The notes beneath the pieces are model-generated. The model was not told the DNA's origin. It saw only the letters and a program-made list of their open reading frames with translations, and did not search any database. Below, piece by piece: positions 33,345-42,584 of a stretch of DNA of 64,000 bases (positions are counted from its first letter, which is position 1; every line of letters starts with the position of its first letter). A program made the position numbers and the translations under genes. The stretch lies in contig JAPOUM010000001.1 of NCBI GenBank assembly GCA_026708645.1, positions 52,258 to 116,257 of the forward strand, written 5' to 3'. Source of the DNA: Acidimicrobiaceae bacterium (lineage in GTDB: Bacteria; Actinomycetota; Acidimicrobiia; Acidimicrobiales; Aldehydirespiratoraceae).

Positions 33345-34834
33345 CCGTGGTTCTGGCCATCGACGCCGGCACGACCAGCGTGCGGACCGTGGCCTTCGAC
33401 GACTCAGCGGCGGTCGTCGCGGCGGCTCAGCGCGAATTCCCGCAGTATTTCCCGACGCCGGGACTAGTGGAGCATGACGCCGACGAGATCTGGGACGCCG
33501 TGCAGGCCACCCTCAAAGAAGTGGTCGATCAGCTGGACTCCCCGCCCGCGGCGATCGGCGTGACCAACCAGCGCGAGACGGTCGTCGCCTGGAGCCGCAG
33601 AAGCGGCCGGCCGCTGCACCGTGCGATCGTGTGGCAGGACCGCCGCACCGCCGACCGGTGCGCCCAACTCCAGCGTGAGGGGCTGCTGCCGCTGGTGCGC
33701 GAGCGCACGGGCTTGGTGCTCGACCCCTACTTCTCGGCTTCCAAGATCCAGTGGCTGCTCAGCGACGGCGGCGTCGCAGCAGGCCCGGACCTGGCTCTGG
33801 GCACCATCGACAGCTGGATCCTGTGGAACCTCACCGGCGGCGAGGTCCACGCCACCGACGCCACCAACGCGGCCCGGACCATGCTTTTCGACATCGTCGA
33901 GCTCCGCTGGCATCCCGAACTTTGCGAAGTGTTCGACGCGCCCGAGGAGTCGCTGCCGCGGGTGCTGCCCTCCAGCGGTCGCTTCGGGGTCACCTCCGCC
34001 GACGCGGCTTGCGGCGCCGGCGTGCCGATAACCGGCATCGCAGGAGACCAGCACGCGGCGTTGTTCGGGCAGGCTGCCTTCTCGCCGGGCGACGCCAAGA
34101 ACACTTACGGAACCGGCGCCTTCGTGCTGATGAACGTCGGCGCCGAAGTCCCGGCCGCGGTCGAGGGCCTGCTGACGACGATCGCCTGGGTGATCGACAC
34201 GCCCCGAGGCCCGCAGCCGACCTACGCCTTGGAGGGCGCGATCTTCGCCACCGGGGCAGCCGTGCAGTGGCTGCGAGACGGCCTCGGCATCATCAGCGAA
34301 GCCGCTGAGATCGAACAGCTCGCCCAGCAGTGCGACAGCACCGGCGGCGTGTATCTGGTGCCGGCCTTCGCCGGGCTGGGAAGCCCTCACTGGGATCCCT
34401 ACGCCCGCGGGATCATCGGCGGGCTCACCAGAGGCTCGGGCCGCGCCGAGCTGGCACGCGCCGTGATCGAGGCGATGGCGTATCAGACCCGCGACGTGGT
34501 CGAGGCCATGACCGCGGCCGCGGCCGCGTCGATTCGCAGTCTGCGTGTCGATGGGGGCGCCTCGGTGATGGGCTCGCTGCTGCAGCTGCAAGCCGACCAG
34601 CTGGGCGTGCCCGTGCAGCGCCCCAAATTGACCGAGGCCACCGCTGCCGGCGCTGCCTATCTGGCGGGGTTGGCCGCCGGGGTCTGGCCGTCGCAGCAAG
34701 ACATCGCCGCCAGATGGCAACTCGACTTCGAGGCGTTGCCGGACGCTTCGACGGATCTCGCCGACAGCGGATATCGAGGCTGGAGACGCGCCGTCGCAAG
34801 AAGCAGAGGCTGGGCGGCGGCAGACGCCGGCTAG
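33341..34834 (+). CDS. glpK: Glycerol kinase
   Basis: Motifs LAIDAGTTSVR, TNQRETVVAWS, IVWQDRRT, PYFSASKIQWLL. ATGA overlap with glpD. The track ORF start at 33086 is an out-of-frame-overlap artefact. Confidence 0.93.
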   Translation: MTVVLAIDAGTTSVRTVAFDDSAAVVAAAQREFPQYFPTPGLVEHDADEIWDAVQATLKEVVDQLDSPPAAIGVTNQRETVVAWSRRSGRPLHRAIVWQDRRTADRCAQLQREGLLPLVRERTGLVLDPYFSASKIQWLLSDGGVAAGPDLALGTIDSWILWNLTGGEVHATDATNAARTMLFDIVELRWHPELCEVFDAPEESLPRVLPSSGRFGVTSADAACGAGVPITGIAGDQHAALFGQAAFSPGDAKNTYGTGAFVLMNVGAEVPAAVEGLLTTIAWVIDTPRGPQPTYALEGAIFATGAAVQWLRDGLGIISEAAEIEQLAQQCDSTGGVYLVPAFAGLGSPHWDPYARGIIGGLTRGSGRAELARAVIEAMAYQTRDVVEAMTAAAAASIRSLRVDGGASVMGSLLQLQADQLGVPVQRPKLTEATAAGAAYLAGLAAGVWPSQQDIAARWQLDFEALPDASTDLADSGYRGWRRAVARSRGWAAADAG

Positions 34835-34845
34835 GCCCGTGCGCA

Positions 34846-35859
34846 GTGGCTGAGGCCCGGCCGACCATAAAAGACATCGCTCGGGTGACCGGCGTGTCGG
34901 TGGCCACGGTGAGCCGCGCTCTGCGAGGCCTGCCCCATGTGGCGCCGGCGACGCGCGGTCGGGTGATGGAGGCGGCCGAGTCGCTCGACTACGCGGCTCA
35001 TCCGCAGGCGTCGAGCCTGGTGTCGGGCCGCACCTGGACTGTCGGCGTGGTGGCGCCTCATTTCGGCACATGGTTCCCGTTCAGAGCGATGGGCGGCATC
35101 AACTCGGTTTTCGCCCGTGCCGGCTACGACATGCTGATCTCGGTGATGACCAGCGCCGAGGATCGTCGCAGCCTGTTGGAAGACGCCGGCGCTCTGTGCC
35201 GCAGAGTGGACGGGATACTGCTGATCGACACTTTCGTCAGCGTCGAAGCCGACTCCGCCGGCGCCTTCTTCGACAGGCCTGTGGTGGCGGTGGGCGAGCA
35301 GCTCGCCGGGGCCGCCTCCATCTCCATAGACAACCGCGGCGCGGCGCGCCGGGCGGTCGAGCATCTGATCGAGCTGGGCCACGAGCGCATCGGGCTCGTG
35401 ACGGGCGCGTCGTGTCCGCCTGATCTGGCTATGCCTGTCCCTCAGATGCGTCGCCTCGGCTACTGCGACGCTCTCGAGGCCGCCGGGCTGCCCGTCGCCC
35501 GAGAGCTGGAGGTCGCCGGCTCGTGGACCGCTGCGGGCGGCGCCGCGGCTCTGGCGAGGCTGCTGGAGCGCCCCGATCCGCCCACCGCGGTGTTCTCCAT
35601 GTCCGACGAGATGGCTTTCGGGGTGCTCAAAGAGGCAGCGCGCCGCGGTCTGGCGGTGCCCCGCGACCTGTCCGTCGTCGGCTTCGACGATCACGACCTG
35701 GCCGAGACCCTGGGGCTCACCACCATGCGTCAGGCGGTGAGCGAGATGGGCGTCGAAGCCGCCGAAACCGTGATTTCTCTGATCGAGGGCCTGGAAGCCG
35801 TCGACATCGTCTGGGACGTGCCGCTGATGGTCCGAGAAACCACAGCCGCAGCGCCGTGA
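34846..35859 (+). CDS. LacI/GalR-family transcriptional repressor
   Basis: N-terminal HTH PTIKDIARVTGVSVATVSRALRG followed by a periplasmic-binding-protein-like effector domain. GTG 34846. Confidence 0.88.
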   Translation: MAEARPTIKDIARVTGVSVATVSRALRGLPHVAPATRGRVMEAAESLDYAAHPQASSLVSGRTWTVGVVAPHFGTWFPFRAMGGINSVFARAGYDMLISVMTSAEDRRSLLEDAGALCRRVDGILLIDTFVSVEADSAGAFFDRPVVAVGEQLAGAASISIDNRGAARRAVEHLIELGHERIGLVTGASCPPDLAMPVPQMRRLGYCDALEAAGLPVARELEVAGSWTAAGGAAALARLLERPDPPTAVFSMSDEMAFGVLKEAARRGLAVPRDLSVVGFDDHDLAETLGLTTMRQAVSEMGVEAAETVISLIEGLEAVDIVWDVPLMVRETTAAAP

Positions 35860-35982
35860 GCGTCCAACCCGGACGCAACAACGAGACGCTGCAACGAGAC
35901 GAGGTTCCCCCGTGTGCCGCGGCGCCGGCGTTCGGGCGCCGAAGGGTTTGATTCTGCTCGGAGGCAGCGCTAATGTGCCTGC

Positions 35983-35996
35983 TGTAAACGTTTGCA
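35983..35996. promoter_or_regulatory. LacI-type operator TGTAAACGTTTGCA upstream of the sugar-binding protein gene
   Basis: Near-palindrome centred on CG, preceded by the -10-like TAATGT (35971-76) and followed by SD gggaggg and ATG 36013. Shares the 15-nt string CTGCTGTAAACGTTT with site 43803. Confidence 0.7.
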
Positions 35997-36012
35997 TTCC
36001 TGGGAGGGATAC

Positions 36013-37614
36013 ATGAGAAAACATTCGCGCCTAGCGCTCATCCTCGGAGTCATGCTGAGCTTCGCTCTTGTAGCGGCGGCTTGCGGCGACGACGACGAGC
36101 CGATGGCCGACACCAGTGACGCCGAAGCCGCAGCCGTTCAGGCTCGGGCTGACGCAGATGCTGCCGACGCCGCAGCCGCCGAGGCTCAGGCTGAAGCCGA
36201 CGCCGCAGCTGAGAGGGCGGCAGAAGCCGAAGCAGCTCTCGCAGCCGCGATGGCCGAAGGCGACGACGCGATGGACTCCGAGGCCGTCGCAGAGCTCGAA
36301 GAGCAGCTGGCTGCTGCCCAGGCTGAAGCCGACGCCGCAGCCGAGAGGGCTTCCGAGGCCGAAGCCATGCAGATGGAGCAGATGCAAGAGCTGGAGCAGA
36401 TAGCCGACGAGATGAGCCTCTCCGGCAGCGTCGTCGAGATCCTCGGACCAGAGACAGGCTCAGAGGCCGAGGGTTTCATAGCCGGTTTCGAACCGCTGCG
36501 TGAGCGCACCGGGATCGTGGTCCGCTACTCGGGATCGCGCGACGCCACCACCGAACTTAACCTGGCTCTCGAAGCTGGTGACCCGCCCGACATCGTGGTG
36601 ATCCCGCAGCCCGGTCGGATCATCCAGTTCGCGGAGTCCGGCGACGCCGTCGCCATCCCCGACGACGTCATGAGCAACCTCAGCGGCTCCTACGACTCGT
36701 TCTGGTTCGATCTGGCCTCCACCGGCGGCAACGTCTACGGCGTGCCCAACAAGGGCGACGTCAAGAGTCTGGTCTGGTATCAGCCGGCGGTCTTCGCAGA
36801 GAACGGCTATGAGATCCCCCAGACCTGGGAAGCGCTCGAAGCTCTCACCGAGCAGATCAAAGCCGACGGCCATGTCCCGTGGTGCGTCGGCATCGAGTCG
36901 GGCGACGCCACCGGCTGGGCTTTCACCGACTGGATGGAAGACATCATGCTGCGCCTCCACGGCCCCGACGTCTACGACCAGTGGGTGTCCAACGAGATTC
37001 CCTTCGACGATCCCCGCGTCGTCGAGGTCGCCGAGTTCGTCGGTGACATCTGGTTCGAGGAAGGCAATGTTCTGGGCGGACGCGACCTGATCGCCACCAC
37101 CGGATTCCGTGAGGCGGCCCTGCCGCTCGCCAACGGCGATTGCCTGATGCACCGTCAGGCCAACTTCGCAGGCGCCTTCTTCACCGACGCCGGCGCCTCG
37201 CTCGGCCCCAATGGCGACGTCAACGTCTTCTACCTGCCGACCATCTCAGATGACTTCGGCAATGTGGTGCTCGGCGCCGGCACGCACGCGGTCGCTTTCA
37301 CCGACAAGCCCGAGACGCTGGCCGTGCTCGAGTACATCGGCACCGCCGAATACGCCGACTCTCGCATCCGCGCCGACAAGGGCGGCTTCCTGTCGCCTAA
37401 CCGCGACCATGACACGTCGCTTTACTCATCGGACTTCGACCGCACTCTGGCGGAGATCCTGGTGAGCGCCAGCCCGTTCCGCTTCGACGCATCCGACCTG
37501 ATGCCCGGAGAAGTGGGCGCAGGCGAGTTCTGGCGTTCCGGCACCGACTACGTGTCCGGCGCCAAGACCGCTGAAGAGTTCGTAGCGGACGTTCAGGCGG
37601 CCTGGCCGTCTTAG
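36013..37614 (+). CDS. ABC sugar transporter substrate-binding lipoprotein with long acidic Ala/Glu-rich tether
   Basis: Signal peptide plus lipobox (LVAAAC). About 110 aa of low-complexity AEAD-rich helix with an internal duplication. Then a family-1 solute-binding domain (VIPQPGRIIQFAESG, GVPNKGDVKSLVWY). Confidence 0.85.
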   Translation: MRKHSRLALILGVMLSFALVAAACGDDDEPMADTSDAEAAAVQARADADAADAAAAEAQAEADAAAERAAEAEAALAAAMAEGDDAMDSEAVAELEEQLAAAQAEADAAAERASEAEAMQMEQMQELEQIADEMSLSGSVVEILGPETGSEAEGFIAGFEPLRERTGIVVRYSGSRDATTELNLALEAGDPPDIVVIPQPGRIIQFAESGDAVAIPDDVMSNLSGSYDSFWFDLASTGGNVYGVPNKGDVKSLVWYQPAVFAENGYEIPQTWEALEALTEQIKADGHVPWCVGIESGDATGWAFTDWMEDIMLRLHGPDVYDQWVSNEIPFDDPRVVEVAEFVGDIWFEEGNVLGGRDLIATTGFREAALPLANGDCLMHRQANFAGAFFTDAGASLGPNGDVNVFYLPTISDDFGNVVLGAGTHAVAFTDKPETLAVLEYIGTAEYADSRIRADKGGFLSPNRDHDTSLYSSDFDRTLAEILVSASPFRFDASDLMPGEVGAGEFWRSGTDYVSGAKTAEEFVADVQAAWPS

Positions 37615-37661
37615 CGAAAGCGAACGACTCGGCCTAGGCCGCGTCCAGGTCGCAGGCCTGT

Positions 37662-37709
37662 GCTGTGTGCGGAGGAGGCAGCTCCATCGGCTGTGCCTCC
37701 GCACACAGC
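37662..37709 (+). terminator. Strong intra-operon hairpin between the binding-protein and permease genes (attenuator/mRNA stabiliser candidate)
   Basis: Perfect 14-bp arms gctgtgtgcggagg / cctccgcacacagc separated by 20 nt. Confidence 0.6.
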
Positions 37710-37826
37710 CGCGCCCGCAAGCAGCGCGGGCTAATGTCTCCGTCGCTGTCGCCGGGACTGCAGCAGGCGGGCACAGCAAGCGGTCGCATCCGACCGCCGA
37801 ACCCGAAGAACTGAAAGAGCCGAAGC

Positions 37827-39449
37827 GTGGAGCAGTTCATCACCATGGTTGTGACGGTGGTGGTGTCGCTGCTGGCTTCGGCCGTCGTCTTCGTAGGGGC
37901 CAACCGTGCCGTTGATCAGGCCGTGCCCCGCTGGCCGGTTTTCACGGCCGTGGCCGGTTCGTTGTTGGGCCTGGTCGTCGGATCTGCTGCTCAGCACAAC
38001 GGCTGGGTTCCTGCCGGACCAGCGTTGGCGGGGCCGCTGAAGGAAGGCTGGCTGGTCATCGTCGCGGGCGCCGCGGTCGGCGCCGCGGTCGGCGCGCTCG
38101 CCGGCAGGCTGCTGCAGCCCGCACGAAACCGACGCATCACTTGGGAGGGCCGTCTGCGTCCCTGGGTGTTCGCAGGACCGGCTCTGGCTTTCGTGACCAT
38201 CGGCCTGATCATCCCCGGTCTGCGCACCGTGTTCTTGTCTTTCAAGAACGGCACGCGCGGCCGCGAGCCCGGCTACACGCTCGAGCACTATCGCGACATC
38301 TTCACCGACGACAACTACTTCACTTTCGACGGCTGGGCGCAGATCTTCACGAGCCGGCTGTTCATAGCAGGCCTCGCGGCGGTCTTGGTGGCCGCGTTCG
38401 CGGCTTGGGCCAGCGCCACGCGCATCATCGGCACCGCCCGCCAGATCGCGGCCGCAGGTCGGCTAATGAAGGTGCTCGGCGTCGTCGGGGTGGTGCTGGC
38501 CGCGGCGCCGCTGGCGGCTTTCGTCGAGTCGCTGGTGCGCAGCCCGAACCGCTCGGTGATAATGGACGTTCTCACTGTGGTCGTCTCGAGCCGGGTGACT
38601 CTGTGGATACTGGTCGCGCTGGCGGCAGGGGCGCTGCTCTACTGGACGCTGCGCAGGGTGCGCAGCCAAGAGCTCGAGCTCGACTGGGGTTCGCCGTCCT
38701 CGTCGATGATGATCGTGCTGGGTGCGGTGCTGCTGATCTTCGGCGCCTTGTCGACGCTTCAAGCCGTGGTCTGGAACAACATCTGGTGGGTGGTCACCGT
38801 GGCCGGCTTGTCCACTGCGCTGGGCCTGCTGCTGGCCGTGCTGGCCGACCACGCTTACGGCGACCGCTACGCCAAGACCCTGATCTTCATGCCGATGGCC
38901 ATATCCATGGTCGGCGCCGCGGTGATCTGGGACTTCATGTTCGAGGTTCAAGCGACCGGCAACCAGACAGGGCTGGTCAACGCCATCCTGCAAGGACTCG
39001 GTTTCAACGTCCGAGGCTTCTTCGTCAACGCCTCCATGATCCCGTGGAACAATTTCTGGATCATGATCATCATGGTCTGGATCCAGACCGGCTTCGCCAT
39101 GGTGGTGCTCTCGGCTGCGATCAGGGCGGTGCCCGACGAACTGCTGGAAGCGGCCCGAGTGGACGGCGCCAGCGAGACGCAGGCTTTCTGGCGGGTGGTG
39201 ATGCCCCAGATCCGCCCGACGGTCATCGTGGTGGTGACCACCCTGATAGTGATCGTCACCAAAGTGTTCGACCTGGTCAAGGCCACCACCGGCGGCGCCA
39301 ACCGCACCAACGTCTTGGCCAATGAGATGTTCGATCAGCTGCGCGACCGCAACTTCACTTCCAGCAGCGCTTTCGCGGTGGTGCTGTTGGCGCTGGTCGT
39401 GCCGGTGATGATCTTCAACATCCGCAGACTGCAGAAGGATTTGGCATGA
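37827..39449 (+). CDS. ABC sugar transporter permease (MalF-like, extended N-terminus)
   Basis: Multiple TM helices and an EAA-type loop (LLEAARVDGASETQAFWRVVMPQIRP). Confidence 0.85.
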   Translation: MEQFITMVVTVVVSLLASAVVFVGANRAVDQAVPRWPVFTAVAGSLLGLVVGSAAQHNGWVPAGPALAGPLKEGWLVIVAGAAVGAAVGALAGRLLQPARNRRITWEGRLRPWVFAGPALAFVTIGLIIPGLRTVFLSFKNGTRGREPGYTLEHYRDIFTDDNYFTFDGWAQIFTSRLFIAGLAAVLVAAFAAWASATRIIGTARQIAAAGRLMKVLGVVGVVLAAAPLAAFVESLVRSPNRSVIMDVLTVVVSSRVTLWILVALAAGALLYWTLRRVRSQELELDWGSPSSSMMIVLGAVLLIFGALSTLQAVVWNNIWWVVTVAGLSTALGLLLAVLADHAYGDRYAKTLIFMPMAISMVGAAVIWDFMFEVQATGNQTGLVNAILQGLGFNVRGFFVNASMIPWNNFWIMIIMVWIQTGFAMVVLSAAIRAVPDELLEAARVDGASETQAFWRVVMPQIRPTVIVVVTTLIVIVTKVFDLVKATTGGANRTNVLANEMFDQLRDRNFTSSSAFAVVLLALVVPVMIFNIRRLQKDLA

Positions 39450-40381
39450 GCGCTCCGGTGACCGTTCCGCCGCCTGCCGGCCGGCGTCTGCGCGAGCTGC
39501 TCGGCTCGCTGCCGAGCTGGGTGGTCTGGCTCGTGGTGCTGGTCTGGACGGTGCCGACCGTCGGGCTGTTCGTCTCGTCGTTCCGCAAGGTCGGCGACAT
39601 CAACGATTCGGGATGGTGGACCGCCTGGAACGACTTCGGCGATTTCACCCTCCAGAACTATCGCGACATATTCCGTGACAGCGCCGCGCAGCCCTCGATG
39701 TGGGAGTTCGCTCTCAATTCGATGGCGATCGTGATACCGGCGACCATCATCCCGATAGCCGTGGCCGCGTTCGCGGCCTACGGCTTCGCCTGGATGGAGT
39801 TCCGAGGCCGCAACTGGCTGTTCATCGCTTTGGTCACGATGATCGCTCTGCCCAACCAGATGGCTTTCGTGCCTCTTTTGCAGCTGTTCAACGGCGGCGC
39901 CCGTTTCACTGTCCCCGGTCTCGACTGGACCTTCGTGCTGTTCCCGGATCTGGGCATCGCCAACACGGCTGCGGCGGTGTGGCTCACTCACACAGCCTTC
40001 GGGCTGCCTCTTGCGGTGCTCCTGCTGCACAACTTCATCAGCCAGCTGCCGCGTTCTATCTTCGAGGCGGCACGGATCGACGGCGCCAGCCACTTCACCA
40101 TCTTCTGGCGCCTGGTTCTGCCGCTGGCCCGTCCGGCTCTGGCGGCTTTCGCGGTGTTCCAGTTCCTTTGGACTTGGAACGACTATCTGGTGGCGGCGGT
40201 GCTGCTCACCGACAACGAGCCCATGACGATCGCACTGGTGAACCTGGTGGGGGAGCGGGGCTCGAATTTCCAGCTGCGCTTCGCTTCGGCTTTCGTGATC
40301 ATGATCCTGCCGTTGATCGTCTTCTTCAGCCTGCAGCGGCACTTCGTGCGGGGCCTGCTGGCCGGTTCCGTGAAAGGATGA
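39446..40381 (+). CDS. ABC sugar transporter permease (MalG-like)
   Basis: EAA loop IFEAARIDGASHFTIFWRLVLPLARP. 4-bp overlap with the upstream permease gene. Confidence 0.88.
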   Translation: MSAPVTVPPPAGRRLRELLGSLPSWVVWLVVLVWTVPTVGLFVSSFRKVGDINDSGWWTAWNDFGDFTLQNYRDIFRDSAAQPSMWEFALNSMAIVIPATIIPIAVAAFAAYGFAWMEFRGRNWLFIALVTMIALPNQMAFVPLLQLFNGGARFTVPGLDWTFVLFPDLGIANTAAAVWLTHTAFGLPLAVLLLHNFISQLPRSIFEAARIDGASHFTIFWRLVLPLARPALAAFAVFQFLWTWNDYLVAAVLLTDNEPMTIALVNLVGERGSNFQLRFASAFVIMILPLIVFFSLQRHFVRGLLAGSVKG

Positions 40382-40497
40382 ACCAGCCTCGTCACGGCTA
40401 CAGCAGCGCATCCGATCCCAGTATCGCCCTGCCGTGTCGGCGGTGCGTCCCTGAAGCGGCTCGGCCCGACTGGGACCGCGGCGGCTCGGGCCGCCGG

Positions 40498-41598
40498 TCA
40501 GATCATCGTGCTGAGGTGGACCGCCGAGCCGTCGACGATCGACTTCTGCCCGGCCGCGCCCATCGCCACCGCCAGCATCGCGGCTCGCAGGCTCGCCTCG
40601 GAGGACTCTCGTCGCCCGACAGCGTCGAGAGAGCCGACGGCTTCGAGGAAACGCTGATGCTCGACGTAGCTGGCGCCGTGGTGCAGTCCCGTGTAAGCCG
40701 CCGCAGAGGCTGCTCGCACAGTGCGGACGTTGCCGATGCTGTGGCTGCCCCGGAGGCCGATCCGCACGATGTCGGAAGGCACCAGAGCCTCGATCTTGCC
40801 TTTGTCGCCCATGACCGCGAACTCCTGCTGGTCGTGCGTGGCCTCAGCGAACATGCAGAGGTCCAGCACGCCGCGGCCGCCGCCTCGATAGTCCACCACC
40901 ACATAGGCGCTGTCGATGATGTCGGGGGTGCGTCCGTCGTAGCACTCGTCGAGATGGTTGACGAGCTGGCGCCCCGAGGCGTAGACGCGCTCGGGCGGGT
41001 CGGGCATCACCAGGTTCATCAGATCGAAGAAGTGGCAGCATTTCTCGACCAGGGTTCCGCCCGTGTTGGCGGCGAAACGGTTCCAGTCGCCGACTTTGCG
41101 CAGGAACGGGAACCGGTGCTCGCGCAGCGACGCCATCCAGACGCGTCCCGCGGTGCCGGCATCGACTTCGGCGATGAGGCGCTCGAAAGGCGCCATGAAG
41201 CGGTATTCGAGCCCCACCCGGATCAGTCCGCTGTGACCCCGAGCTGCTTCGAGGACTCGCCGGCAGTCGGTCACGGTGATGCACAGCGGCTTCTCCACCA
41301 GCACGTGCAGGTCGCGCCCGCCGGCGCCTCCCGGGCCGATCATCGCCTGAAGCACCTCGGCATGAGTCATGTTCGGCGTGGCCACCACGACCGCGTCGCA
41401 CAAACCCGAACGCAGCAGGCCGGCATGGCCGTCGAAGCAGGCCGCGTCGGGAGCGAGCGCGGCAGCGGCCTGCAACGACGCCCGATCCGGGTCTGCCAGA
41501 GCCGTCACCCGCGCTCCGGGCAGATGGATCAAGTTGCTGACATGCTCGCGGCCCATCATTCCCGTGCCGATCACGCCGTAGCGCAACTCAGAGCCCAT
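40498..41598 (-). CDS. Gfo/Idh/MocA-family NAD(P)-dependent oxidoreductase
   Basis: N-terminal Rossmann motif LRYGVIGTGMMGREH and central EKPL motif (VLVEKPLC). Confidence 0.85.
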   Translation of the reverse strand: MGSELRYGVIGTGMMGREHVSNLIHLPGARVTALADPDRASLQAAAALAPDAACFDGHAGLLRSGLCDAVVVATPNMTHAEVLQAMIGPGGAGGRDLHVLVEKPLCITVTDCRRVLEAARGHSGLIRVGLEYRFMAPFERLIAEVDAGTAGRVWMASLREHRFPFLRKVGDWNRFAANTGGTLVEKCCHFFDLMNLVMPDPPERVYASGRQLVNHLDECYDGRTPDIIDSAYVVVDYRGGGRGVLDLCMFAEATHDQQEFAVMGDKGKIEALVPSDIVRIGLRGSHSIGNVRTVRAASAAAYTGLHHGASYVEHQRFLEAVGSLDAVGRRESSEASLRAAMLAVAMGAAGQKSIVDGSAVHLSTMI

Positions 41599-41660
41599 CG
41601 TCGGCCGATCCGTCGCGGTCGTAGGATTTCGGCGCCGCCCTTCGCAGGAGCCACAGACTA

Positions 41661-42584
41661 ATGACCACCGGCCTCATCGACCGCGACCCTCGCCGACTGG
41701 GAGACGCTTTCAAGGTGGCGCCGCTGGGCTTGGGATGCTGGCGGCTGGTCGCCAGGCCCGACGACGAGTTGCGCGCGGTGATCGAGACCGGGCTGGATCT
41801 CGGCATGAACCTGGTCGACACGGCCGACGTCTACGGCCTCGACTGGGGCGGCAGCTCCTTCGGCGAAGCCGAGGCGAACCTGGGGCGCATCCTCGCGGGC
41901 GCGCCGCAGTTGCGCGACCGGATGGTGCTCGCCACCAAAGGCGGCATAGTCCCGGCGACGCCCTACGACTCGAGCTGTGAAGCGATCACAGCAGCCTGCG
42001 AAGCGTCGCTGCGACGTCTCGGGGTGGACGTGATCGACCTGTATCAGATTCATCGCCCCGATCTCTTCACGCACCCTGCGGAGCTCGCCGAGGCTCTCAG
42101 CGGGCTGCGCGCCTCGGGCAAGATCCGCGAGGTCGGCGTCTCCAACTTCACCCCCGCGCAGCACGAGGCTCTGGCGGCGCATCTGCCGTTCGCTCTGGCC
42201 TCCACCCAGCCGCAGTATTCGGCGGCGCATCTGGATCCGCTGAGCGACGGCACCTTCGATCTGTGCATGCGCGCCGGCGTGCTGCCGCTGGTGTGGAGCC
42301 CGCTCGGCGGAGGACGGCTGGCGGGGGACGCTCACGGCGCAGGCGGCGCCGGCGCGTCCGAGCCTCTGGTCGCTGTGCTCGACCGTCTGGCAGCCAGAGA
42401 GGGCGTCGACAGGGCCGCGGCGGCCCTGGCTTTCGTGCTGGCGCATCCCGCCCGCCCGGTCGCGTTGCTCGGCACTCAGCAGCCCAGCCGGCTGGTGAAG
42501 CTGGCAGAAGCTCTGGGAGTGCATCTCGACCGCAGCGACCTCTACGACGTGATCGAGGCGTCCCAGGGCGCCCCGATGCCGTGA
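41661..42584 (+). CDS. Aldo/keto reductase
   Basis: Motifs LGLGCWRL, DTADVYG, IDLYQIHRPD, IREVGVSNF. Confidence 0.85.
   Translation: MTTGLIDRDPRRLGDAFKVAPLGLGCWRLVARPDDELRAVIETGLDLGMNLVDTADVYGLDWGGSSFGEAEANLGRILAGAPQLRDRMVLATKGGIVPATPYDSSCEAITAACEASLRRLGVDVIDLYQIHRPDLFTHPAELAEALSGLRASGKIREVGVSNFTPAQHEALAAHLPFALASTQPQYSAAHLDPLSDGTFDLCMRAGVLPLVWSPLGGGRLAGDAHGAGGAGASEPLVAVLDRLAAREGVDRAAAALAFVLAHPARPVALLGTQQPSRLVKLAEALGVHLDRSDLYDVIEASQGAPMP

Noticed and set aside
39700-41661. 653-aa plus-strand ORF spanning the permease 3' end and the region opposite the Gfo/Idh/MocA gene.
   Set aside because: It is out of frame with the permease and antisense to a motif-supported oxidoreductase gene. Its composition is Arg/Gly/Pro-rich.
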